A DNA stretch of 63,931 nt, counting the filler, from Octopus bimaculoides (Eukaryota): assembly GCF_001194135.2 (NCBI RefSeq). It is 6 parts of 6 records of this genome, joined end to end, with 100 filler letters (N's around TTAATTAATTAA, not from the genome) between each part and the next. Parts side by side here need not be neighbours in the genome. Positions count along the whole stretch, not along the records: positions 10,671 to 28,449 come from NC_068996.1; positions 28,550 to 31,924 come from NC_069002.1; positions 32,025 to 39,155 come from NC_069004.1; positions 39,256 to 62,513 come from NC_068988.1; 2 more parts are not named here. One strand, written 5' to 3'. Shown here piece after piece: positions 26,217 through 39,297 of the stretch. Position 1 is the first letter of the stretch. The number at the start of each line of letters is the position of its first letter. Both the position numbers and the translations under genes were made by a program. The notes under the pieces were generated by a model. That model saw only the letters and a list, made by a program, of their open reading frames with translations. It had not been told where the DNA came from and did no database searches.

Positions 26217-28280
26217 TATACATACACACAAACATCTACAGAATTTCCCGTTAGGGGAAAAGCAATGAAGCCATACATACTTCTGGCGCCCATTGATAAA
26301 GTGCTGCTATGTTATAAGTAAAATTAAAAACAAGAGGTTTCAAATCTCTACTAGAGTTGAGCGTGGTGTTGGTAGTGATAACGATACTGCTGCTAATGTT
26401 GTAGTGTGGTGGTGATAGTGATAACGATAGTGATGATGATATTCGTGCGGATGAAGAAGATGAGGGTTATGAATGCTGTGGTGAATCAGGTGAGGTTAAA
26501 CATTTTATGTTGAGAAACGAGAAATAGTTTTTGACACCAGCTGCATAAACAAAACTAAATATCATAGACTCAACATAACAAGGAATGAAGTCAACAGCGA
26601 TAATAACAACAACAATACTTGTTAACCTTTGAGAGATCATAGTGAACAATATTACAGTAGAATACTCATTTGGATTCAGCACAATATGTTTTTGCAATAT
26701 GCATAGACAAAAACGCATGTACGAACATATCCACATAATATACTTATATATATTGATGTGTATGTGTGTGTGTATATATATCCGTGTATGCATACATACA
26801 TCCGTGAGTGTGTATATGTTTCCTTGTTTCTGCATATTTTTCGTATTTTGTTTCACAAAGAACACGAAAAATATTGAAAAACATATAACGCTCCAAGCTG
26901 AGATAGTTTAATGTAGTTGTATTCATAAAGGAAAAGCTACCAATTATTTTGTGATATCAGCTTTCAGGTCCTGTTCATCTCTGTATAATACAAAAATATG
27001 GAAAACATTTTGAAGAAATATTTATTTTCCAAATTACCGCTTCCATCAAGTTGAAGAATCTTTGAGATTTGGAATTTTTTCTTATAAAATTGAAGTCTTT
27101 GGAAAAAAATAGTGCATTTGTTCAAAGTTGGGAGGAAAAGGAAAGAGTTATTTGTGTGAGCAAGTGAGTTTAACTTCCACAAATATAGGGAACATAATAA
27201 TTGCACGGAAAGGGAAGATTACAAAGAATGGGGAAAATAGAATATGTTATAAAATGAATAGTAGTAAAAACAATCAAATTCTGAAGTAAAGGAACATCTG
27301 GTATCTTTGAATACACGTGATTCTATCCATGTGAAGGTATTTCCTAGCTGCGTTATACTCCTTATTCAAAGTGTCTACATTTCACAAAATTCTCTGATCG
27401 CATGATTAAATAGAGGTCATGTCTATGAAAGTTTACGAATACTCTTCTCTTCCCAGATGTGCACAGATAACACGTTGTACTTCTTTGGGAGTGTGTGGAT
27501 CCTTTCAGGATTTCCATATACTTCTGTACTTCTAAGCATTCTTTGTTTCCCAATGCATACGACAAATGTTTTAGTGGTCTCTTGATCAAGATGTTCGAAA
27601 GAGGATGTATGATTATAAGCTATTTGTCTAAATAGCCCTTCTGTCATGCTTGTATGACATCTATGTGATTTTACTAGACTGAGTTCCGGAGATGACCTCA
27701 GTGTCAGAAGGCATTGCATCTAGGTTTCGGCTTTTCTTTAGTAGTTATGTCTTAAATCCCATGTATGAACATATACTCCGTGTGTGCCATATGTTTTATT
27801 CTAATATTCAGGGCGCATCTAAAGGTAGTCTTAGGAAATCTTTATATAATAAATATTATATTCAGTGATAAAAGGAGGTATGCATAATTTTGCATTGTGA
27901 AAGGAGAGTGGGTGATGTGAGGTATATTCTCTTTGAATATACTAGCTAGTAAGCTTTATTGTGAAAAGAAGCCACATTCTCGAATATTTTCTAATTCGAG
28001 TACAGTTTGGAAAGCCTTCTGTTAACATTATCGATGAAAATCTTAAAGACTTTGGGAAATATGATTAGACGTTAATATAAAGAGATTTTTTCTTTATTTC
28101 TTTTCCTCAAAAGTTTGTGCAACCAAGCAGTTAAATCTAGTATGAGTGAAATAAATCCATAGTCTTGTATAATTGGTATGAACAGGGCTTGGAGGTCCAA
28201 ACAGCAAAATGAATAACAGCGCACACGATGAAGCGAATTGCTTTATAAATACCTACTCATGCACACAACATGCACGCACG

Positions 28281-28315
<35 letters not shown>

Positions 28316-28563
28316 ATACACACGCACACGCACACGCACACACACACACACGCACACACATCGATATACTAGGTAGTTTATTTACGGTGAACCAACGAAT
28401 AGCGGTACCACTCATTGAATGACAGGAATATCTAGATAAAACAGAAACGNNNNNNNNNNNNNNNNNNNNNNNNNNNNNNNNNNNNNNNNNNNNTTAATTA
28501 ATTAANNNNNNNNNNNNNNNNNNNNNNNNNNNNNNNNNNNNNNNNNNNNTATATATATATATA

Positions 28564-28735
28564 GGCGTAAGAGTGACGGTGTGGTAAGTAGCCTGCTTAC
28601 CAACCACATGGTTCCGGGTTCAGTCCCACTGCATGGCACCTTGGGCAAGTGTCTTCTACTATTGCCTCGGGCCGACCAAAGCCTTGTGAGTGGATTTGGT
28701 AGACGGAAACTAAAATAAGCCCGACGTATATATAT
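28564..28735 (+). mobile_element. SINE family A, 5' half
   Basis: tRNA-like head with B box GGTTCAGTCCC and a CORE-like GGCACCTTGGGCAAGTGTCTT segment. Confidence 0.9.
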
Positions 28736-29282
28736 GTGTGTGTGTGTGTGTATTTATGCATAAATATATGTACGAATCTATGCACATACTTATCTATGCT
28801 ATGTACGTATATTTGGGTATATATACACGTGTGTACCTGCGTATATGAGTTCCTATACATATATATATGTATATATTCGTACATAGTTGCGCGTATGCGC
28901 GTGTATCTAGTTGTATGTATATGCCCATATACTTGGGTGTGCGTGTATGAGCGCGTAAGCATATGTGCGTATATATATATATATATATATATGTGTGTTT
29001 GTGTGTGTGTGTGTGTGTGTGTATGTATATATGCGTCTAAGCACGAACAAAATAATTTTTGTCTAAGTATTATTTTCCTTTCAACTTCTACTTCCTTTTC
29101 TTTCTCTAACAGTTACAAAAGTGAAAGCTCATTACGTCATTTTCTCTAAACTAGAATTGTATACATTCCACGTTCATATTTGAATATTTTGCGTTTCAAT
29201 AATTTTTCTCTGATTTTACTCATTCTTGATATAACGGTATGTAAGCCGACTCAAGTAATCTCTTGTGAGACTTTTTATTAAT

Positions 29283-29325
29283 GTACTTGAAGAGACCCTG
29301 AACGGGTCGAAACATATACTGTACC
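29283..29325 (+). ncRNA. hammerhead-like motif at the 5' end of the Penelope-like element
   Basis: GUAC UUGAAGA GACCC-UGAAC-GGGUC GAAA ...GUAC; perfect stem II, imperfect stem III and cleavage triplet. Confidence 0.45.
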
Positions 29326-29546
29326 CAATAAAGTCTATTACACATTCCATCTCCAATTTTATTAATACTATTACCCCAACCGCCACTACGAAATTCTTGC
29401 TTTAAATCTACGGATAACAACAGGTAATCGAAACTGTGCCGGTGCTTTACTCATCAACTATTTATACATTTTGTACAATTTTTCCATTATTAACTACCAT
29501 CACCCGTTTTACGGTCGACGGTACTTACCTTTAACGCGCTGAGAAG

Positions 29547-31120
29547 ATGGAAAAAATGGTATTAGACGTCTCACTCAAAGACATACCTATACCAGGTAGA
29601 AAAGAATACAAGAGATTACTTCTTGAGAAGACCAGTCAATTCATTCGTACAAAAAAAGTTTTTTTTTAAATATAATGCACTCTCCATCACCAATGAATAC
29701 CGTAGAGTCTATTTTTTAGATGCTACCTTTTATTTGGATACTGGTCTACACCAACTGTTTCATAAACCTAATGAGAACCTAAACTACATCAACGTTGGAT
29801 CTAATCATCCACCATCAATAATTAGGGGACTCGTTAATAATATCTCGGCTAGAATATCCAATTTATCCGCAAATAAAAATATATTCAACATACACGCACC
29901 TTCTTATAACTCAGCCTTAGCTAAGGCCGGATACCGTGAGAAAATCCATTATGCCAGAAGTAGTAGAAATAATAATAAAGACTCTTATAACTCAACTAGT
30001 AAAAATACAATTCATTATAACAACCTTACCAAATACAACAATAACTACACACACACAGTCAAAAACCTAGATAATAGAATCCCAAACCACAAGATAAGAC
30101 TAGCCAAATCCAGGCATATTAGAATCAACCATGAGTTGGAGAAAACTTGTAGTAGACAACAAATTAAACACCTAACGCCACAAAATCCAATTGCTGCTCC
30201 AAGCACTCAGACAAACAGACCTCACCTAAAATATAAAAACTATGACGTCCTTTGGTATAACCCAATATGGAACTCCAACAGCTCATCTAAGATTGCGAAA
30301 CAATTTTTCACTGCACCTGATCGCTGCTTCCCTAAAAATGGAGTGTGTAGCAAAATATTCAACCGTCACACTATAAAACTATCCTATGCAAATCCATCAG
30401 ACTTAGAGCACCATATTCATAAGATTAACAACCGTAAACTGAGGCGAAGATTAGTCAGCACTCAAAATAACCTTCTCGACATGAACCATAACTCATATGA
30501 CCGACCCAAAGACAACGTTTTTAACTCGAATTATACCACCAACCAATAGAGCAATAATTACAATATCCATGATTACCATCCAAAACATAACACAAGCAGC
30601 AATTCAAATAATAAACTGACAACACCTAGTGATAATAAAACGATAATATTGACAACCAACATCCCGAACATAACCAATTCCTCCATTGCTCGATGTACTC
30701 AAGCCAACAAAATCAAACAGTTATGCTCATGCAGAGATAGTTCCAATTGTCCGTCGGGTAATTAATGTACGACTAAGAACGTGATATACAAGTGCACTAT
30801 AAACACTAGAGAAGGCCTCCATGTATATATATCGGGGCATCTGCCGATTTTTTCAAAAATCGATACTGCAACTGCATCGCCAACTTTCGCAATATCCTTA
30901 AAAGACATGTAACATCACTGTCCGATTTTATCTGGGCTTAAGGAAGCGAAGACAAAATACGACCTTACATATTTCATACTTAGACACACGAGTCCTTACA
31001 GTATTATATGCTGGAAATGGCAGTTATACTCCGAGGAGTCACTCGCGATAATGTTAACAAGGAGAGCATTATAAATAAATTCATTAAACAATTACCCAGA
31101 TGCCTACACTCAGCCAAACA
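29547..31120 (+). pseudogene. Penelope-like element ORF (Naiad-like), internally deleted and frameshifted
   Basis: N-terminus MEKMVLDVSLKDIPIPGRKEYKRLLLEKTSQFIR; RT thumb YFLDATF..KPN..SNHPPSII; WYNP..KIFNRHTIKLSY; CSCR..CP; GIY-YIG-like NVIYKC..VYIG ASADFFKNRY. Confidence 0.85.
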
Positions 31121-31320
31121 CACATTCACATATTACAATCACAACCATACATAACTTGATGTAGACATGGTGTCCACAACTATTAATATTGAGGAACTAT
31201 ATTCGAATAACTTGTATTTGACATATGATCTTGCAATCTAGATCCGTATATGTATATGTATATATGTATATATATGTGTATGTATGTGTGTATATGCATA
31301 TATGTGTACGTGTATGTGTG

Positions 31321-31355
<35 letters not shown>

Positions 31356-31537
31356 NNNNNNNNNNNNNNNNNNNNNNNNNNNNNNNNNNNNNNNNNNNNN
31401 NNNNNNNNNNNNNNNNNNNNNNNNNNNNNNNNNNNNNNNNNNNNNNNNNNNNNNNNNNNNNNNNNNNNNNNNNNNNNNNNNNNNNNNNNNNNNNNNNNNN
31501 NNNNNNNNNNNNNNNNNNNNNNNNNNNNNNNNNNNNN

Positions 31538-31612
<75 letters not shown>

Positions 31613-31883
31613 ATGTATACGTACATATATTTACTTACGTGTGTACACGAGTGTGTGCACAGACGTCTGCGTCCTGCTTTACGTACGAATGTATGCACAT
31701 ATTTATTTATGCTATGTACGTATATTTATGTATATATACACGTGTGTACGTGCGCATAAGAGTTCCTATACATATATATGTATATATTTGTCCATACTTG
31801 CGCGATTACACGCGTAACTAGTTGTATGTATATGCCCGTATACTTGGATGTGCGTGCGTATGTGAGCGCGTATGCATATGTGC

Positions 31884-31918
<35 letters not shown>

Positions 31919-32026
31919 ACAACANNNNNNNNNNNNNNNNNNNNNNNNNNNNNNNNNNNNNNNNNNNNTTAATTAATTAANNNNNNNNNNNNNNNNNNNN
32001 NNNNNNNNNNNNNNNNNNNNNNNNTA

Positions 32027-32057
<31 letters not shown>

Positions 32058-33394
32058 TTATTTGTCTCTCTGTTGCATACTTTCTCCGTGTGTCTGCTTG
32101 TTTCTTTATTTTCGTTTCTCTCTAAGTTTCATCCTTCCACCCTTTCCTTTCTCCTTTCTGTTCTTTTCGTCTTCTCACCGTTTCCATGTCACTGACTGCG
32201 CCTTTAGCAAAACAAAATGGTGAGATTGAGATAAAGAGACTGAGAGATTATTTATAATACAAATTGCTTATTACTAACCTTGCCACCTAGCGACAACAGA
32301 ATAAATTAATGACTTATTCCAAATTCCTGTTATTTATGAGCAGCAATTTTTTTTCTGCTGCACACGTTTCATTATCACCATCGACATTCCCTACATCATG
32401 AGCAGAAATAACATTGAAATAGCATCTCCTGCTAAGAATGTGTTATTGTTGAACGTTTTTGCTATGTCCTTCTCCAACTATCATGTTTTGAGTTTTAATA
32501 AAGATTCCTAACTTTGCACCGAGAGACTGTTGTATAGCTAAGGTTTGGGGGCGATCTACCCCGGGGTGGTATATTTATGGAGGCTGCACTTTTGGGTCTG
32601 TTGTATATGCCTGTATAAGGGACGGCAAACTCAAGAGCTGCCCCGAGCAGCACACACCTTAGCTGCGCCACTGCACCAAATACGAAAACAAGGCCAGAAA
32701 TTTCGGTGAAGGAGTCCAGTTATTGAAATTAATCCTCAACACTTAACTGGTATTTATAGATCGATCATAAATTGTTTGATGAAACGCAAGGTCATTGCAT
32801 GTAGCATTTGAACTTGAAACGTAAGAAGTGTGTGGAGGGGAGGTGTAACTAAGTGTCAAAAGTTATCGCCTCCAATGTCCAATAATTCTTTACAACCAAG
32901 CAGTTGACCAATTCTTATGCAGCAGGCGTTTAGTTCTAGATAAATTGTCATCGAATTCTTCCACCAAGTCAGAAGATTCAAATCGTATCAGTTTCATTGG
33001 CTTTCGGTCAGTTTCATTGGCTTTCGGTCAGTTTGTGCACTTTGTGAGTTTGGGGTGAGTCCTTTATTTAATCTGATGACGCTAGGTGGTAGGATAGAAA
33101 TAACTAAACGGATTGGAGATGGTTCCCTGCGATAGAGGCTGTCGTTTTAGCCAAGCTGATAATTATGCCCCGTTCCCGCCAGATAACCGAGGCTAAGGAC
33201 TAACTCTAGATTTCTCCAGTCACGCTTTACGCTGTACAAAGGGAAGGAGAGAGAGAATAAAAAAGAGGTACGAAGACAGTTAAAACAAGAGGTACAGGAC
33301 GAGTTACAAACTAGACTTAGTATCTATCTATCTGTCTATCTATTAGCCAATTCAAATAAACGAATAGAAATAGGACGTTAGGTGAAAGGAGAGA

Positions 33395-33430
33395 GTTTGA
33401 CGTTTCGAGCATAACTCTTCGTCGGAAAGG
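33395..33430 (-). ncRNA. hammerhead-like motif (U4C variant) in a probable pLTR remnant
   Basis: CUUU CCGACGA A GAGU-UAU-GCUC GAAA C GUC|AAA. Confidence 0.4.
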
Positions 33431-33497
33431 AGAAAGAGAAAAGTTCAAAGATGGAAAAGAAATCGCCCACGGCACATATATAATTACATTGCTGTAG

Positions 33498-33537
<40 letters not shown>

Positions 33538-33564
33538 NNNNNNNNNNNNNNNNNNNNNNNNNNN

Positions 33565-33604
<40 letters not shown>

Positions 33605-33611
<7 letters not shown>

Positions 33612-33803
33612 CTTGTGTTTGTTCCTCGCGATCGTTTGACAACTGGTTTGGATTGTTTACGTCTCCGAAGCGTAGTGGTTCGGTAAACATGATCGATAAA
33701 ATAAACACCAGACTTAAAGATAAGGACTGGGGCGATTTGTTCGATTAAGCCCTTCGAGGCTGTTCCCGAGCAGGGGCGCAGTCCAATGACTGAAACAAGA
33801 TAA
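33605..33803 (+). mobile_element. SINE family A, 3' half, diverged
   Basis: Homologous to 40630-40830. Confidence 0.75.
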
Positions 33804-33973
33804 TCACATACACCTCACCAACGCCTTCTTTGTTTTCTCTCTTTTCCTCTCACTCTCCTCTTTTCACTCTCTTTTCTTTGAGGAAGGGGAGGTGTATGGT
33901 TTCTTTAATTTGCTTTGATACTGAAACCAATGAAAACATGTTCATTAATGAAGAACTTTGTTATCTTCGGCAG

Positions 33974-34122
33974 GTTTTTCCGAACACTCCGGCTGCTGGG
34001 TATCTTCAACGTGGTGACATACTTCTAACTTTGAACGGCAAAGACGCCGGTGGATTAACACACAAACAGGCCCAGGACGTCTTTCAGTTTGCAGGGGGAC
34101 AGATTCCATTAACAATCAGAAG
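33974..34122 (+). CDS. PDZ-domain exon (C-terminal part of a PDZ), most similar in layout to PDZ-LIM/Zasp-family N-terminal PDZ
   Basis: VFPNTPAAGYLQRGDILLTLNGKDAGGLTHKQAQDVFQFAGGQIPLTIR(R) shows the GD.IL.LNG..LTH..A motif; GGCAG acceptor (phase 0) and AG|GTAAGG donor (phase 2). Confidence 0.88.
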
Positions 34123-34190
34123 GTAAGGCAATCTATTCACTCAATCAATCAATCAATCTATCTATCTATAAGGAAACTGAAACAGAGTTT

Positions 34191-34235
34191 ATCTCGCGAC
34201 TTGAGTTTCACGCCACGGTGATCTTCAGGCGAGAC
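34191..34235 (-). ncRNA. type I hammerhead-like motif with 7-bp stem I
   Basis: GUCUCGC CUGAAGA [UCACCGUGGCGU] GAAA CU-CA-A GUC|GCGAGAU; stems I and III pair, stem II is weak. Confidence 0.55.
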
Positions 34236-34340
34236 TGTTATGCCTGAAGAGCGCAGCAGACAAACTCCCTATAAAAAATGTCATATATTCTACGGCATGT
34301 ATTGAGCACTCCTGATTCATGTGTTCCAAATAAAACACCT

Positions 34341-34379
<39 letters not shown>

Positions 34380-34979
34380 GCCAAAAAAATTAACTAACAG
34401 TTAGTTACTTCAAGTTTCAAATCTCTGACGTGCTGTTGGAAAGTTGAAAGCGTAAAACTCGGAGTAAGGGTCAACGAAATTCTCAGATTACAATAAATAC
34501 AATAAAAATTTCAAGTACGTGTTGAGTACTGCTTTCTCATCTTCTTGGTCACATAATTCTTTGTTCCGTTACACAGAGCATACACTTTCACACACTTTCA
34601 TTCTCACTCTCTCTCATACACACATACATACGCACACTCACACACACATTTCGGCACGTTTGGGTTTATAACCGGACAAAAAGAAGACAATATCCAAAGC
34701 TGTTCTTTGTAAGCTGAGAATATAATACAGGAGTTACTCAGCGGACTAGCGCTCTGTAGCAAGGTGTTTATTATACCAAAATGCGAGATTAGTGCTTTAA
34801 CACGAAACTATCACCTTGAGTAACGCCTATATTCTTGAGTGATAAAATGTGAGTGTGTGTATTATAAAAGAGTGACGGGATCCTTTTTGTTTCCGTCTAC
34901 CAAGTCTACTTACGAGGCTATAGTATAAGACACTCATTCGAAAACTGAACCCTTAGCGCTCATCAGAATTGTGTCAGAG

Positions 34980-36900
34980 TATGTCTAATGAACAGACGCC
35001 ATAGTAGTTCGATTTGACATGAAGTTACCGATCCGAGAGACTATAGAAAGGTAAAATGAATTGAAGGCCAGTTTTGACAGAGGTCCGCGTATCACAGAGT
35101 CGAGGGTAACTAGAGTACTTTGAGTAAGTTTCTCAAGTGGGAGCCCCCTGGTGAATGACAAATAAGACATAAACATGGTGTTACGAAAGCGACGTTGGTG
35201 GTTATTAAGAAAGGAGAGAAAACTTGAAGGGACTGGGAAAGGTTGCTAATGACTGTCTTTATCACCTTTAACGTGTTGGAAGTGAGTTGGATAGAGTGGT
35301 AGGTGGCATGTGGAAGATGCGTTTGGGGGATAGGGAGAGGGAGAAATAAAAAAAAATTGGTGAGAATAGTATTGAACTCTGAAGCAATTTTTTTTTTAGG
35401 GTAATGGAAGGTTCATTTGTCAAGACTGGTCTCCTTGCTGGTTTGAAACCCACTAGAGGTGCGTTGTTTATATGTGTGTGTAGTGGTAAACCACGAGAAG
35501 TGGAAAAGGAGTGAATGGGTGGACCATTACCTTGTGTATATAGTGTGGGGCTAGATGCGAAGAAGCTTTCTCCGAGGACGTACTGCTCTCAGAAGCTTCG
35601 TGGTTGGAAAGTAACGGCAAGGAAGATACCACGAAGCTGGTAAAGTTTCTTGGATCAAGGACTAAAATGATTGGCTGCAGTTTAGGAGGCAGGAGTGTTT
35701 GCAGACTGTGTGATATGAAGGAGCATCTTTCGTAGTTTGGATAACGATGTTGCAGGAATTTAGGTGCTGAATAAGATCCTTCCAGTTTGTAGAGGTTTAT
35801 GATTTTCTCCGGGAACTGTAGGGCCAGCGTTCTGCCTGGACCGCTGAGGTTACAAGTGAGCCACATAATAATATCAGTTTTAGCTGTGTGGGGGATGTGA
35901 AGAAACCTGCTTAAGGGGTCGTTTTAATCACATGCCTAGCTGTTCCTCGTGTGCCAGTGGTGAAGCATACTAATGCTAAGGATAGAACTGGTGGGAGAGC
36001 GACCAATCAGCTGACAGAGTCTGAGATTTGGGGAATGTTTAAGTAGTTGAAGAAAGGTAGTTGTAATAAGATAGATGTCGGGTGACCTGATAGATGCAGA
36101 GACAATTATGGGAGAATTCACGAAAAAACAACAGACGAAGGCAGGTGGTGTAAACAACAAATGGATGTATTAGTTTAACGCTCGGGAATGGAGAAAGTCT
36201 TTAACGTTTCGAGCAAACGCTCTTCAACAGAAAGGAACACAGAAAGAAATAAGGAGAGAAACAAGGAGAGGAAAAAATATGAGTAGTGGTCAGCGATCTA
36301 TCATGGCGAAGAGATAATTACGGCCTGGCAGAAGTTGTATTTGGATGTGAGACAGAGATCAAAGGGAGGAAGTGATTGTGTGTTGGTGAGGGATGCGAAT
36401 AGGGGACGGAATTAAATGTAGAGAGTTAAGGAGCGAAAAAGCTTCAATTTCTGTACTCTGGCGGCATAGGGAGGAAAGTAACGAGAGCGGAGAAGGATGG
36501 AAGTAGTGAGAAAGAGGAAGAGTTGTGATTCTTGAAGTCACCGAATTCAGTGACTTCGGAGAGGAGTAAAGTGAGACGAATGTCTGAGATCCAGAAGACG
36601 TTTGAGTGAAGAGTTTTTGATGATTGAAATTCTGTGAGCGATAGAGGAAACAAACATGTTTTAAAAGAGTGGAAGAGGAGGGAAACATGTTGCAAAAGTA
36701 ACTGGAAGGGTATGTTGCGGATATTTTGGTAGGGATCGGAGTGTGTTGACCCACTCTACATATACCTGTCCATACGGAGACTCCACTCTGAAATGGGAGT
36801 GGTGAAACGTTTGAGTATGAGAGAGGAGAAGCATACGTAGCCTGCATGGGTTTTCAAACGAATCAGAGTCAAGGAATATTAGTAAAGAAGAGGGAGGAGA
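34980..36900 (-). mobile_element. degenerate Penelope-like element in partial-tandem layout (3' ORF end - pLTR - 5' ORF start)
   Basis: Central pLTR homologous to 4090-4290, flanked by stop-ridden GC-richer ORF remnants; only weak endonuclease-like motifs. Confidence 0.5.
36199..36234 (-). ncRNA. hammerhead-like motif (A6U variant)
   Basis: CUUU CUGUUGA A GAGC-GUUU-GCUC GAAA C GUU|AAAG; perfect 4-bp stems I and II. Confidence 0.5.
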
Positions 36901-37206
36901 ATTGGCGGTGAGTTTAGTTTTAATTTTTGACACTTGGTAAAAGGTTAAGGTATCGATTTGCCGTGAGCTGGGTTGGTAACCTTCGTGGTGTTGGCAGTGC
37001 TGATGCTGGCGGTGGTGGTATAGCGATAATCTTTGGGCATTGTAGTGGTTGCAAAAGCAGTGATGACAGTGGAGGAGATGCTGATGGCGATGAAGAAACT
37101 AATTATATGTCGGTGACGACGATGATTACGATGATGAAGTTAGTGAAGAAAATAACAATTGGTGTGTTAGCTGTGATGGTCATGTTATTGGATAGAATAA
37201 TGTTAC

Positions 37207-37620
37207 TCTCTCTTTTACTCTTTTACTTGTTTCAGTCATTTGACTGCGGCCATGCTGGAGCACAGCCTTTAGTTGAGCAAATCGATCCCAGGACTTATTC
37301 TTTGGAAGCCAAGTACTTATTCTATCGGAGTCTTTTGCTGAACCGCTAAGTTACGGGGACGTAAACACACCAGCATCGGTTGTCAAGTGATGTTGGGGGG
37401 ACAGACACAGACACACAAACATATACACACACATCCACATATATATACACATATATACGACAGGCTTCTTTCAGTTTCTGTTTACCAAATCTACTCACAA
37501 AGCTTTGATCGGTCTGAGACTATAGTAGAAGACATTTACCAAAGGTGCCACGCAGTGGGAATGAACCCGGAACCATGTGGTTGGTAAGCAAGCTACTTAC
37601 CACACAGCCACTCCTACGTC
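37207..37620 (-). mobile_element. SINE family A, full length
   Basis: Reverse complement of 40418-40831 along its whole length. Confidence 0.92.
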
Positions 37621-38169
37621 TATTGTTTATAAATTTAGTATCTTTCTCTCTCTCTCACACAACCACACACACACACACACACATACATACGCACACATAC
37701 GTAGCTAACCATGAAGTTTGCAATTTCCACTTTTTCAGTCAAATTTATAAATTCTTTTGGTCATTCTCGATTCCAACTGTTACACTGGCCAGACATATAC
37801 AACGCTCTCATAGTCTCGCCATGTATTTAAAAGAAGCAGTAATTACAACACACCACATACAAAGCTAGACTGGAAATGTTAACAGAAATACATTGAAACT
37901 TTATAGAAATTTCCCACAGAAATAGAATGGTCATGGGAGCAATACTAATATCGCAATACACGGTTACATAATTAACATGCAACAGACATACATATCACAA
38001 ATGCGACTCGAAAGATATTGAACTCTTACAAGTTCTGTCGGGAAGGTTTGTATAAATATAAACCACAGACGGTGAAAGCAATCAATACAAAAGCCAAGAG
38101 CAGTACTCGTACAGGAGATGAGGTTGAGGTAGTCTGGAAACATCGATAAATTTGGGAACTTTATAAGAG

Positions 38170-38360
38170 CCGGATACGTATACAAGGCTGGTAATTTGAG
38201 GGGAGGGAACAAGTCGATTACATCGACCTCAGTGTTCATCTGGTACTTTGTTTTATCGACCCCAAAAGGATGAAAGGCAAAGTCGACCCCGATGGCAATT
38301 GAATTCAGAACGTGAAGTCGGAAGAAATGCTGCTTGGCATTTTTTGTAGCGCGATAACGA
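38170..38360 (-). mobile_element. SINE family B2
   Basis: Family core present. Confidence 0.8.
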
Positions 38361-38474
38361 TTCTTAGTGTTATATTCATGCTGACAGTGTGGCATACGGA
38401 AATAATCACATTGCAGAATCTGTAGAGCGTCTGTCAAAATGTCGTGTGACATTTGTTGTAGCTCTTATATATTC

Positions 38475-38765
38475 TAATAGCGGTAACTCGAATGTGGAAT
38501 CTAAAAACAGAAACAATTCCCATCATAGTAGGTGCCTTAAGTATAATAAAAAATATTCAGACAAATACATAACAAAAACACCAGGACTTACAAATATATA
38601 TAACATACAGAATATTGCACAACTGGGCACTGCACACAGCCTACGCAAAACACTTTCAATACAGTAACCATAAGAGCATCACAGCAAACCACAGCACATA
38701 CCCAAGGCACACAGAGCTGCGCTCGGTAGTGAAGTGAAAGCACGTTATAAAAATAAAACTACTGA
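38475..38765 (+). mobile_element. 3' fragment of an RLE-type non-LTR retrotransposon
   Basis: VTRMWNLKTETIPIIVGAL..KYSDKYITKTPGLTNIYNIQNIAQLGTAHSLRKTLSIQ*, followed by 3' UTR and (AAT)n tail. Confidence 0.8.
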
Positions 38766-39089
38766 ATAATAATAATAATAATGGTTTCAGATTTTGTCAC
38801 ATGGCCAGCAGTTTTGGGGAGGGGTCAAGTCGATTCGATCGACCCCAGTGTTCAACTGGTACTCATTTTATCGACCATGTCACGCACATACAATTGTGAT
38901 GCGTGTGCCTGGTATACTCTTATCAGACGGGTAGTCATGATGGGTAATTTGGACTTCGTATATCTGTACCCCAATAGGCAATAGTACTAATGATAATCGA
39001 ATTTAAACTATGCTTTATATGTATAATATATATGTGTGTGTGTGTGTATGAAAACTATGTCTGCAATTATGTTTCGTCTTTTCTTCCAG

Positions 39090-39141
39090 ACCGAATATCG
39101 AAGGCAGGAACCCCCCTCCAGCGAAACCACAACAACATCAG
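39090..39141 (+). CDS. probable next exon of the PDZ gene: (R)PNIEGRNPPPAKPQQHQ
   Basis: Strong TCTTTTCTTCCAG acceptor and CAG|GTACGA donor; phase 2 start fits the PDZ exon; Pro/Gln-rich linker. Confidence 0.65.
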
Positions 39142-39256
39142 GTACGAGCTATCTGNNNNNNNNNNNNNNNNNNNNNNNNNNNNNNNNNNNNNNNNNNNNT
39201 TAATTAATTAANNNNNNNNNNNNNNNNNNNNNNNNNNNNNNNNNNNNNNNNNNNNC

Positions 39257-39263
39257 CACCACC

Positions 39264-39297
<34 letters not shown>

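Noticed and set aside
33830-33973. 5' part of the 98-aa ORF 33830..34126
   Set aside because: It is intronic read-through upstream of the acceptor at 33973; only 33974-34122 is PDZ-like.
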